NCBI GenBank assembly: GCA_000165345.1
Contig: CM000429.1
Location: 96,001 to 160,000, forward strand
Direction: 5' to 3'
DNA length: 64,000 nt
Shown: positions 43,601-52,108 of the stretch, piece after piece
Position numbering within the stretch: the first letter of the stretch is position 1
Layout: every line of letters begins with the position of its first letter
Program-made: the position numbers and the translations under genes
Notes under the pieces: generated by a model
The model's input: the letters and a program-made list of their open reading frames with translations, nothing else
What the model was told of the DNA's origin: nothing
The model's database searches: none

Positions 43601-45229
43601 TTTCCCAGTGTAACTTGCAGCCTTCAGTTTAATCCTTTTCTCGTCATTCTTCATGTTATTCCATCCTGCAATTGCTAAGCCTTCCCATTTTGGTACTGGA
43701 AGTTGGTTTTCTTGGTAATTTTCGAGATGTTGTTTCTCCATATTGTAAACATAGGTGTTTCCAGGGACGCTTCCACTTCTAACCCTCCTTTCAAAATTTG
43801 ACATTTTTGCTTTGGGAGCCATATTGCTTCTGAGCAACAATTTTGAATCATTTAATCTTTCTAATGAATCATTTTCTTCTCTAAGAACCACCTCTTTGGG
43901 TCTTTCTTTATCCTCACCTTTGTTAGGTTTAGGCAAAGATAAATTTGGTAATAAGTCTAATTCAAGGCCAAAATTTTTCATGTGGCTTATTAAAGTATCT
44001 CTTAATTCATCCAAAGTTTTAGTAGCTTTAATATCAAAAATCATTTCATTCCTCAAATTTGATGAGATATTTTTACTGTTGACCTTTATCAAATTCAGGC
44101 TGTTTTTTATATGTTCTTTTACCAGCCAGTCACTAACCTGGCCAAATCTATCGCTTACCAAAATATCGTTTGGATATCTTTTTTTTAAGCCTGGTCTGGG
44201 AACGAGATAAGAAGGACTTGAGTTGCATTTTATAACTAACATAATCTCTTCCATGTAATCCTTATTCCCGTAATACCCTGAATTTGTCTGGCTAGCATTC
44301 AAGCCTGAAGATTTACCATATTGTAGCCACCTTTCGCTAAGCCAAACAATTGATCCATCACATGGAGAAACAATATTCTCCATATGAGTTTTACCCTCCT
44401 TGGTAATTGAAGCTATCGCAAAAGGAACATTTTCCTTGACAAGTGTGCCCACACTTCCTGTTAAGCTCGCCCCAACATTCAGGTTGAGCTCTAGCTTAAG
44501 TTCTGAATCACTGTAAATAGGTTTAATTTCGGCAACATAACCACTCCTTAGAAAGGCATCCAATGAACTCAAAAGAGTTGATGATGAATTCTTATATTTT
44601 TTTGAATATTTGAAGAGTGCTGAAACATGAAGTAATCCTCGAAACATAATTGGTAGATAAGTATTTGAATCTACAACAATGTCATCCAGATCAATTAGAT
44701 TCATTTCTGGATTCTGTAAACTATAATCTCTCATCTTCCAAAACAAAAATCTTATGTCATCATGCTTAATGCCTCGATTCTTGAACAACTTTGTGCAAGC
44801 TAATATATTCGTTATAGACATATGAGTACTACCAGGCCCTAATATTCCACTATTTCCATTTTCATAGATACAAGGAGATCCCAAAAATATGCCTACTTGA
44901 ACCTCATCCCCAGTACTTTCCAAAATTTGGAGGTCAGTCTTCGAGCCATCCCTTAAATTATGCATTTCAGGCTCAACCAATCCTACAAGTAAATTGTTTC
45001 CAACAACAAGCTCTCCTCCTCCTAATATGGAGCCATTATATCCCATTTCAATATTATATTTGACATTTCCAGAGTGTACTATCTCAACATTTCTCTTTGT
45101 ATCAAATACAGTTATTAAAGGTTCATTACTTCCAGAGCTTGTACTCGGAGACTTTAACCCAATTCCCGTACAAAGACTCGAAAATAAGAACAATGTGACT
45201 GCGGTTGAAGTGAGTAAGAGTCTACCCAT
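37646..45229 (-). CDS. giant secreted repeat protein (2527 aa): signal peptide, ~1000-aa N-terminal region, long coiled coils, repeated EELGGEGDDIKGIDTSASSLDLTKEKEKA units, C-terminal polyproline (PPTLPPPTLPP) block and acidic tail
   Basis: ATG at 45227-45229, signal peptide MGRLLLTSTAVTLFLFSSLCTGIG. Continuous 2527-codon ORF. Nested nucleotide repeats at 37911-38005, 38590-38830 and 39460-39985. Confidence 0.6.
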   Translation of the reverse strand: MGRLLLTSTAVTLFLFSSLCTGIGLKSPSTSSGSNEPLITVFDTKRNVEIVHSGNVKYNIEMGYNGSILGGGELVVGNNLLVGLVEPEMHNLRDGSKTDLQILESTGDEVQVGIFLGSPCIYENGNSGILGPGSTHMSITNILACTKLFKNRGIKHDDIRFLFWKMRDYSLQNPEMNLIDLDDIVVDSNTYLPIMFRGLLHVSALFKYSKKYKNSSSTLLSSLDAFLRSGYVAEIKPIYSDSELKLELNLNVGASLTGSVGTLVKENVPFAIASITKEGKTHMENIVSPCDGSIVWLSERWLQYGKSSGLNASQTNSGYYGNKDYMEEIMLVIKCNSSPSYLVPRPGLKKRYPNDILVSDRFGQVSDWLVKEHIKNSLNLIKVNSKNISSNLRNEMIFDIKATKTLDELRDTLISHMKNFGLELDLLPNLSLPKPNKGEDKERPKEVVLREENDSLERLNDSKLLLRSNMAPKAKMSNFERRVRSGSVPGNTYVYNMEKQHLENYQENQLPVPKWEGLAIAGWNNMKNDEKRIKLKAASYTGKEIQIFGPRPWNLDFLSLDVIRMVSMYRYGDIRYLLSREFLYLFGKFGELDDYNIYTSSLMKYSVEMFVIAGMFVSGEEGAETLLGTVTIEFTAELKNRDPIKINIFSMHTGIVKQVIATSKVACSLDPLVIISSVENEIYNAEKYFEINSDKLDGSYIFSKVPGQRDYLTYPLSQNQKLLDGGNVQAKTDAMLDALNKHTYLFPSQSPTDIPSHSGPIPNLFNIEGEFIEGIQTSRQILNNKLKKLNSEKYKEIQKLQEMFVAPTSDDTRPIFFSSVLRLEILNKWRKSKSKSISNKILGAMKTKSDRLDESFLASFGTKLELSLITNVPNLKTVSKKRSARVVRKLALLEKLKLKRKPKTERELKIKSALIARRVKMLKKMSSQKHPLLDSHSRYGQSKVRSSTGAFPIGSKARKRLLSAKIHSAPSAFSPAGMKIPFYLRQELIQLSNITPKRKTKPASSSKPKKKKPAQDKPPALETPTELQFEENLIKSTVGPTFPFTSNFFLQEEFELEKSSSIGERSTQIMASSDEERFGYINEENDYAAIFHSLKLEGSKIKNLRSECMSYQSSLYRMLDLKEGLLSDIVNTNRLDDAKGILSDVVRLTAQYQECLKKLTGSIMVTKGLEIESRIIRKNFKRKLDKINKVRKNIHNKYKKCKTELSKAKKSFYSLLKGEISKQKSKNKMDSESYKDLLKKIQGEFKKYRRLEKKCQGIMVNLRKEDMNLSEAKMNRYVMASSYESLLKRNLELFNQTLIYYRVNQTYFLMILSLEKLILLSHEVLLESEYSTLNTAVQQENKLESLMDYYKCQINLDRLRFEEEVAYQDDIIRAGVHCVALSNELLVSTKLLLEVFETNIDGLEAGIKSLLAILSLTLVGSNTLLNSEILKKCQVMARRQAKILAKLSEYIGTTERINSDMYLLSNTRELLNSRLNSLNVIVTEETEESSSRMRERARTSAYNIRIRKLEKKISTKIKLLGLAVSRFSDMKKKFEEQKEQFSEVLNTMKNIVPGLNLDSFMTDTSDVQTSDASRDSEIGSFDLTSDSDSSGNEQGPSGSLMISRISNAIMILDREIATGPSTNERESESVRAKMIKLRSELSDKLEQFKALSGQKKSKNISSARTKLREEISVYVKEAIQLKKYYNQRMEESIKFLKRKLLFSWPRTRLRKSLLDSNRRKKMEEDRMRRINKEKARIERHETWDYLQGSTGESEERLLEELGGEGDDIKGIDTSASSLDLTKEKEKATKKEKTKRGITISRRPKEGKKGSKKGIKKGSKGSEDELLRKFGGEGDDIKGVETSLSSLDLTKEKEKAIKEEKYKEKKGKIPKGEVTVRVEGSEKSARESEEKLLEELGGEGDDIKGIDTSASSLDLTKEKENAIKEEMDRKKGEVGKENAELEDNKTEGSSESIIDLVANSIISEMKQEKFKKRWSKQKELKKRKVLDRLRSRIQKTGNKEYSSSELSSDAEQGKGVASRKHGKKGAGRKKSRSDKKQKAKTNGKKRRLGLGKKLGTSLVKESKPTLEIPETQISSSVPESPTATGTPIATGSPMTPESPTVAGTPIAAGSPTVPASQVSGVASPAEVSPIAGTPIPTPPFSPPPPSVPAPAPPSFPPPSPPMPGRSPPSSPIPTPPSFSPPPPPVPAPPLFPPPSPPMPGYPLPSSPIPTPPSSSPIPPKPEYQPPPPPIPTLSPSPPAPPMPAFPSSPPPTAPGVPSPTLPSPLSPTPEEVEDKLLEELGGEGDDIKGILTDSSSVDLNKAHEEALEKEKEMRHSGATTSSGLKPASPIQQGASVISGPAGTPPAPTPISTPTISTPTLPTLPPTPPSPSSPPSPTLPKLPPLPPLPPLPPTPKAPTIPPPTLPPTPISTPTIPPPTLPPPTLPPPTLPPPTLPPPTLPPTPTPTPPTPPQAPGQTITSGYPSDLNQQPSTNIDITTDEGDYQSDSDDFLQRDFGQRAKKTTEDKILNQEIQQQIDDINKEAEEADI
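37911..38005 (-). repeat. 15-nt tandem repeat (GGTGGAAGTGTTGGT)x5-6 encoding PPTLP units inside the giant CDS
   Basis: ggtggaagtgttggtggtggaagtgttggtggtggaagtgttggt... Confidence 0.8.
39460..39985 (-). repeat. three ~205-nt direct coding repeats (EELGGEGDDIKGIDTSASSLDLTKEKEKAIKEEK units)
   Basis: The string ttctccttttctttagttaaatccaa(a/g)ctacttgcacttgtgtcaattcctttaatatcatcaccttctcctcctaattcttctaacaa occurs at about 39462, 39665 and 39875. A degenerate fourth copy lies near 38360. Confidence 0.75.
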
Positions 45230-45580
45230 CCTCCAGTCTTCTTACCTACTAATTAATTTCTTCTAGGAATTCTGGATTTGTAGCCACTTATTTAATATTA
45301 TAAAACTTTCTTTAAGAATCCTTTTACTCAAAAAGCTTGTTCCCTCTAACTATCTTAATTCATATAACTTAACTCGCAACTATCTCCCTAATTTTATATA
45401 TACCAGTAAGATATTGTGATAAACAGCAACACCCTGTTATATTATTTTAATATAAATATCAAATTCCTCCAATTTAATAACATCAACCAAAAAAAAAACT
45501 ATTCTATCGACTTGCCACCCTTCTGGATGTGTATGCCGTTAAATCATCAAATCCATGCAAATTCTGCTTACCCACTAAAT

Positions 45581-45723
45581 TGCATGCATGCAAGCGGTAG
45601 ATCTATTAAACTTCTACATGCAAGTAGATTGATTGGGCGGGAATCCGCTGGGGGGGGGTGGAGAACAGAAATTATAATTAAAAAAAACTTAAAGCTAGTT
45701 TGCATGCGGCGCCTAAAGAGCGG
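45581..45723. promoter_or_regulatory. dense motif cluster upstream of the giant minus-strand gene: GCATGCATGCAAGCGG, GGGCGGGAATCCGC, a G10 tract, GCATGCGGCGCC
   Basis: ttgcatgcatgcaagcggtag ... gattgggcgggaatccgctgggggggggtgg ... tttgcatgcggcgcctaaag. Unusually GC-rich island for this genome. Confidence 0.45.
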
Positions 45724-45926
45724 TAAGTCATTGGTGATTCAATACAAAACTTCTGAATCACAGTGCTCACTACTATTCTAGAGCAAGAGATTTTTCAATG
45801 TCGCCGGACTAAGGAACAAGCCTTTAACTATACAGCCTCATATCAATAGCATTGAATCTGCCAAAATAAGTAGATTGTATTAATCAAATAGCTTTAGAGA
45901 AGTTGTTTGAAAAATTTAATTAATAA

Positions 45927-47015
45927 TTAGAATTTTTTGTTAAGCCAATCCATGCAAAGTAAGGTTATCATTGCATGTGGAGCAATCCTAAAATAGTACG
46001 TTAGGTACCCTTTAAAGAAACCACTTAGCCCTTGGCTCTTGTATATGTGTGTGATAACTTTACTATAACTATTCAAATTGTGATCTTCGTGTTTTGTTAT
46101 TAAAGACTCAGAATCCTCTTCATCAACTGTCTGTTTTTGTATTTGGGTCTTTATTGTGTCAAAAGGGAGGGATACTACGCTTGCAACGGCACCCGAAAGA
46201 ATGGATGAAAGAACCTTAACAAAAACTTGATTCTTTTCTGGTCCTGTCCATCTATAACATACTTCAATAAAATGGTCGAATGTGGCAAGCATTCCCATAT
46301 TAATTGACATTGCTCTAATTATAGAGGGAATGGATCCTTTCCACATTGAAAAGAAACCCTCTTCCTTAATTATATATTTCATTGCTTGTAATACATTTTT
46401 GTAGTATTTTTGTTTGCTTAAAGGTAACAGAGAATTGGTTTGTAGCCTGATAAGTGCTAAATCTACAGGATTGCAAATAAATGAAGAAATACCTCCAGAT
46501 GTTAACCCTATCAGGGCTTTAACTCCAAGAGACAGATTACATACTTTGTGGCCCTGATAAACCATTTGGTTCTTATAGTAATCACATAATAACCTGAAAA
46601 TTCCCAATCTCGCAGTCGAATAAGTTAGTTGTCTGATTAGACCTGCATCTAATCCCTTATAAAGCCCCAAAATTCCATTCTTGTTAACTATATCTCTAGC
46701 TAAAGAAAAAGGAGTTGGTTTTGAATATCCTTCAAAGTTCTGTAATTGCATTTTTATCTTAACAATGTCTATTGGTTGAATCTAAGAGTTGAAATTATAT
46801 ATTAAAGTTAATTAAAATAATAATATTAATTAAAAACGTATATATGGCCTCCACTTAGTTTTCATGACTCTCAGATTCACTAAAAGTCTGAAACCCTACT
46901 TTATAATCCTTTAACTTACACATATTGTCGCAATACATCCTGAAATTCCTCCATTTATGAAAGGCCTTAACACTCTAAACCATCTTCTTACCAACCCTTC
47001 TTTCAACAATATCAT
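45927..47015 (-). CDS. mitochondrial carrier family protein (SLC25; oxoglutarate/dicarboxylate-carrier-like), 316 aa, two exons: join(47015..46920, 46781..45927)
   Basis: The track ORF starts after the first PxDxxK motif. In-frame upstream codons read IQPIDIVKIK-MQLQ with an acceptor (ctcttAG) at the upstream TAG. Exon 1 (MILLKEGLVRRWFRVLRPFINGGISGCIATIC | GTAAGT) supplies TM1. Compare the oxoglutarate carrier (FLFGGLAGMGATVFVQPLDLVKNRMQLSGEG). Two more PxD/ExxK motifs (NPVDLALIRLQ, LPFDTIKTQIQ). 951 nt = 317 codons. Confidence 0.75.
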
Positions 47016-47465
47016 TCTCTAACAGCTATTTGAATCAAATAAGCTTCAAGAAAAATCTTAATATTCTCTTCACCTATTTTTTATTTTTACTCGTCAAATA
47101 CTTGATACAAACAAAAACATTCTTATTCTTTACTATTTAAAAAAAAAAATTGCAACACTAACATAACTAAAAGGTTCATATACTAATATTGTTAAATACA
47201 AATAATATACCACCCTTCATAACCAAAAACATGAACCAGTTAAAATCTTATTTCAATTAATCGTTTTGCCTTATTTTAGTGTCCGCAAGACATTTTTTGG
47301 TCATGTTACATGTTTTTGGCGCCAACTTTATTCCAAACATGTTGAATAATTGGAGTTAAGTATTTTTTAAAAAAAAAAAGTTTGGAGTTGCCGCCTTTTC
47401 CTTTAGAGGTTAAAAAAAAATATTAATCAAGTTAGGAGAAAAAATAAAACCAAGGGAAATTCGAA

Positions 47466-48229
47466 ATGTCATCTTTGAAGCACTCAATCCATAGGAGAGT
47501 GCACTTGGAGAGAGCGACTCCAGTGAACAGACTTCGATTTGGGATTTTAGAGCGTAAGAAAGACTATAAGATAAGAGCAAAAAGGTATCATGAGAAGGAA
47601 AATCTCTTAAAATCTCTATCAGAAAAGGCAAGAACAAGAAATCCAGATGAGTTTGACTTTGGTATGGTGAATTCCAGACTGGAAAATGGTAGATATAAAA
47701 AGATTGGATCTGACCTACAAAACGGCGGTCTTACAAGTGCTGAAGAGAGAAAGCTTGCGGAGAGTCAGAACCTGACATATGTCCATTTTAGAAAATCAAT
47801 TGATAATAAGGTAAGTTGTTTCGCTAAATTATTCCCTGTTTGTTTCTTTTGTTTATATTCTATTAGAAAATTGAAAGAATGGAAAAAGAGTTGACATTAT
47901 TTGGCCAAAATATGCAAAGAAGCCATATTTTTTTTGATGATGAGCACGAACAACTAGAAAGTGGTTCACAGAAAAATAAAAGCAATTCAAAGAAACTCAA
48001 AGATTTAGATTCACTTTCGAATTTAGAAACTATTCCAAAGGAAGTTGTCAAAAATATTACCAAATCTTATAAGATTTTTAATGATACAATTGCTAGATCA
48101 CAGAAACTAGAAAAAGTATCCAAGCATCTTGAGCTACAGAGAGACCTCAAATCTAAAGGAAAGAAGAAGAAGGTTGTAACAAAGAATGGAAATACTGAGT
48201 ATGTATGGTATCCAAAAAGAAAAAAGTGA
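47466..48229 (+). CDS. UTP11: U3 snoRNP / SSU processome protein UTP11 (235 aa), two exons: join(47466..47810, 47867..48229)
   Basis: MSSLKHSIHRRVHLERATPVNRLRFGILERKKDYKIRAKRYHEKE...RNPDEFDFGM...KSIDNK | GTAAGT ... tattAG | KIERMEKELTLFGQNMQRSHIFFDDEHEQ...YVWYPKRKK. Colinear with human and yeast UTP11 (MAAAFRKAAKSRQREHRERSQ...LLEKKKDYKLRADDYRKKQ...KNPDEFYYKM...HVFFFD). Joins track ORFs 47466..47894 and 47879..48229. 708 nt = 236 codons. Confidence 0.8.
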
Positions 48230-48481
48230 CTTTTTCCTCTATTTCTATTTTAGTTTTCTTATACAAGCACTTTTTTCCTGAATATTCCCGCCCTTTCTTC
48301 TACTCGAGGGGTAATTTTTAGATTATATTAATTATTGTCTACTACATTTGTTCTTGAAGTCCTAACTTGAAAGTTGTGGTGTTGTCTTGTGCTTTAAACT
48401 AAACTCTTACAAACTTTGCTTGTCAATAGCACATTCCAACTTGCCTAGTATATTAAAGAATATTCATTTTAATACTAAGAA

Positions 48482-49798
48482 ATGGCTTACCTTAGCCGAA
48501 GATTAAAAGCCCAAGCCATTACACTATTCTTCTTTCTAATTGCTTTCATCTCTTTAAATGAGTTCTTTTCTGAAGCATCATCTACTCAACAAAAAAGAGA
48601 ACTTAAAAGTGTCCGATTTGTTCAAAGTGGGCAACCCCCATATGTATCATCTTCAAAACCAGGGCAATACTTTAGACATCTCCAGACAACTGTAGAACAA
48701 GATTCTAGCTCATCTCCTGATGAATCTTCTCCAAAAGAACAATCTCGTCTCAAACATGTTGGTCCAAAGTATAGATTTGTTCACGCACCAGTTGGATATG
48801 AGAAGTCAAAGAGTACATATTTAGCCGAAATCCAATCATTAAAGGAGGCAAATGAAAAATTAAATGAAGAAGTTAAAAGTCAGGCTCAAAAGATTAAAGC
48901 TTTAATGGCTGAAAACAAAGAGTTGAGAGAAAAAATTGAGGCTGAATTAAAAAAGACTAATTCATCAAATTCCAAGCTTAGAAGTTTAGAAGAAGATTTA
49001 AAGAAGAAAGAAAGACAAAATAATTCATTGTCAAGTACATTATCCCAAAAGGAAAAGACTATAAGTGAACAAAAGGCAGAAATCAGATCATTAGTACAAA
49101 AAATCCAAGATAAGGAAACATTTTTGGAATCTAAAGAAAAAGCACTATCTGAATTAGAAAAACAAATGAATAATAAAATTGAGCATTTACAAGTAAGAGA
49201 AAAAGAACAAGAAAAAGTCAAAGAAGAAAAAGAATTGGAAGTATTGAGACTTATGGAAAAGATTGAGGTTCTTTCTGCCAATGTTAGGGAAAATTCATCA
49301 AAACAAGAATCACTAGTTAGTGAAAAGAATCAACTTGAAGCTAGGATCAAAGAATTAATGGCGGAAAGAGATAATGCAAATAAGGCCCTGAATGAATGTC
49401 TTGAATCTCTTAATGCTAAAGAAGTCAAGAATGAAGCAGAGAATGTTCCGAAAGAAACTCAGCCAGAAGAAAAAAGAAGAGCTTTATATAATCTTGTATT
49501 AAAGCAAATGGGTAGGAAACAAATGAAAGAAAGATGGGTGAAAGCACCTCCACTTAGACGTCCTGAAGGAATTAATGTAGAAAGTGACTTGGTTCCTGAA
49601 ATAGTTAAGGTCTTTGATTCACTTAAGAAAAAAAGAGAGGACGAGTTTAAAGCCTTTGTAACTGAAAATGGCCTTGAAAATGAAGATAGTGTAAAACAAA
49701 GACAATTATATGAAAAATATAAAGAGAAAAATATTGCTTCATCACCAGCTGGAATCCAACAATTTGCCCGTTTTAAGAAAGAAAGCGTTTCTGATTAA
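48482..49798 (+). CDS. secreted coiled-coil protein (438 aa)
   Basis: Signal peptide/anchor LKAQAITLFFFLIAFISLNEFFSEA. Long K/E/L heptad region (EIQSLKEANEKLNEEVKSQAQKIKALMAENKELREKIE...). Confidence 0.5.
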   Translation: MAYLSRRLKAQAITLFFFLIAFISLNEFFSEASSTQQKRELKSVRFVQSGQPPYVSSSKPGQYFRHLQTTVEQDSSSSPDESSPKEQSRLKHVGPKYRFVHAPVGYEKSKSTYLAEIQSLKEANEKLNEEVKSQAQKIKALMAENKELREKIEAELKKTNSSNSKLRSLEEDLKKKERQNNSLSSTLSQKEKTISEQKAEIRSLVQKIQDKETFLESKEKALSELEKQMNNKIEHLQVREKEQEKVKEEKELEVLRLMEKIEVLSANVRENSSKQESLVSEKNQLEARIKELMAERDNANKALNECLESLNAKEVKNEAENVPKETQPEEKRRALYNLVLKQMGRKQMKERWVKAPPLRRPEGINVESDLVPEIVKVFDSLKKKREDEFKAFVTENGLENEDSVKQRQLYEKYKEKNIASSPAGIQQFARFKKESVSD

Positions 49799-50343
49799 TT
49801 TGTCAATTTCATTCCAAAAAAAGCTTTCGTGATGGCGCCATTGCATGGTTTTGAGCGCCTTTCAGCGGCACGGCATGCAAAACGGTAACTTTGTTTATGC
49901 ATAGCATTATAATGAGCAATAAGTAATAGAATAATATAATATTAGTAAATATAGTTAAATGTGCATATGTATAAAATTTGTCTATAATTTGCATAAAAGA
50001 TACAATGTTAAAATTTTTGAATACTAATTTGAAAAATAAGCTATAGGCTTTAAAAAGATTTTATCAAAGGTGGCTATAAATAGGTAATAGTAGAACAAGA
50101 GAGCTGAATACTTTTTGGCTTAAAAGTTATTAAATAAACTGAATAATGGCTTAAAACTTAAGATCACCAAGTTACGTTAATATATTGTAGAAATTATATA
50201 AACGAAAATATATATTTATAATTTGATAAAGCTTTTTCTTCTTTCCTATCTGTTTTAAATGGATTTATGTGTTACTCTCTAAATTAGCAAGAATTAAAGA
50301 TTCCAAAATTCATATATCAGAAGATATCAATTAGAAGGGAAAA

Positions 50344-51273
50344 ATGGTTATGAAATTAGAACTCAAACTTCCAGGTACTGACGTCGGAATGAGAATAGCT
50401 TTTGGTCACCTAGATGAAAATTCAACTGGGTCAAGGACAAAAGCCTCCTCTTCTTCTTCATCCTCCACTTCCTCTCCTACTCTTCCCTCTAAACAAAACT
50501 CTGGAGCGAAGATTAAGGTAATAAAGAATGACCTAGAAGAAAGTGAATGTGAATGTGATGATTGTTCTGGAAAAGCCAAAACTAAAGAAAAGGCTATTTC
50601 TCATAAAGATGATGATCAATATTCTGTTGACATGGTAACCAAGGTATTTGCATCACTTATGCAGTGTACAGCATCCAATATTAATAACAGTCAGTTTAAC
50701 CAAAATAATAAACTTAATCAGAAATCTAAAGGATTAAAACAAGTCAATTCATCCAAATCCAATAATAAATACGCTTCTGATAGTGAAGATGACCCCTTAG
50801 CAAGAGGTATTCTTGGAAAAGGATGTTCATCCGACTTCTCTGTCTCCCAATCTCTCTATCCTGATGATATCCTAGTTTCTTATGAACCCAGAAGGAAGAA
50901 GTCACCTAAATCTAATAAAAGTCCCGCCAAAACTAAATCTGCTCCTTTGAGTAGCCAAGTTCAACAAAATACTAAGGATCTTAAAGATGTAAGAATCATC
51001 CCTATCAACAAATCAACAAATGCTAAGATTCTACCCAACAGAAATTTCAAAGAAAGTAAATATGATATTTCTTGTATTTCAGTCCCAACTTTCTGTAACA
51101 AGGCAAAACTCATTAGTTGTTGTAACGCCAGACTTATTCCTCAAATTCCTAGGTGTGATCTAACCAGACATGAAGACGAAAATCTGATGATTTCAGTTCC
51201 ATCCGCGATTTATCCAGATAATATCATTCTCACATTAAAAAATCCAAAGCCAAAGAAAAATAAGAAAAAGTAA
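50344..51273 (+). CDS. hypothetical Ser/Lys-rich protein (309 aa)
   Basis: ATG at 50344. Continuous ORF. Poly-Ser tract, CECDDC cluster, KKNKKK C-terminal tail. No recognisable domain. Confidence 0.4.
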   Translation: MVMKLELKLPGTDVGMRIAFGHLDENSTGSRTKASSSSSSSTSSPTLPSKQNSGAKIKVIKNDLEESECECDDCSGKAKTKEKAISHKDDDQYSVDMVTKVFASLMQCTASNINNSQFNQNNKLNQKSKGLKQVNSSKSNNKYASDSEDDPLARGILGKGCSSDFSVSQSLYPDDILVSYEPRRKKSPKSNKSPAKTKSAPLSSQVQQNTKDLKDVRIIPINKSTNAKILPNRNFKESKYDISCISVPTFCNKAKLISCCNARLIPQIPRCDLTRHEDENLMISVPSAIYPDNIILTLKNPKPKKNKKK

Positions 51274-52108
51274 CCTATGTCCATGCATACCAATATGCAT
51301 GCGCACACAACTTGGCGCCCAAAAGTTAACTTCTATATTACAATTTATTTATATAAATGGCTCATTAAAGTATATTCATTTAAACAGAGAATTAAAACAG
51401 AATATCAACAAAAAAAAAATTATATCAAAAAAAAAGTCATTCTTTAATAGAATATAATACCAGGGGGTCACAATTCTTTTTACTTTTACAACATCTTACA
51501 ATCATAAAATCTCACTTCATTCATGTCGACAATGTCATAAGGGGCTTTTCAGAAAGAAAAATAATAGAATGAAAAACAAATATAGGAGCTTCAATAATAA
51601 ACCTATTTAGATAACTAAAATTAAGAGCTAATTATTTCTGAAATAGACCTGAACAAAATTACCTAAAAGAATTCGTGTACTTATTAACCTAGTAGGACTT
51701 CCTATTCTTTTTCCTTTTTACTCTAAAAAAAACCTTAATAAAGTATATCCTAGTCTTTTCCTTCCAAAAAACTGACCCACTTTGGCGGGAAAATAGGAGC
51801 CAATATTTTAGCTAAATATTCATCCATTTCAAAAGGCGTCTGTATTTACTTTATCAAATACTTTTTTATTTAAATTTAAACGTCATCAAGAAGTTTCTAA
51901 GAAGGTCCAGATCCTTAATCACATCTATTTTGATGACCACTGTTTAAATAGGTGTTGCTCTTTAGGCCTTGAATCGCTCAAATTCATAATACATGCAAGT
52001 GTAAATGTCTAATCTTAATTAATTTTAGTAATAATAAATACAAACTCTCAAAACAAGCAAATAATCAAAGAGTCTGAGTCATATATGGAAGCTATTGACT
52101 TGATTTAC

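Noticed and set aside
45416-45781. Track ORF 45416..45781 (+, 121 aa)
   Set aside because: It spans the promoter motif cluster (GCATGCATGCAAGCGG, GGGCGGGAA, G10 tract) between two real genes. Its composition is unlike local coding DNA and it has no start context.
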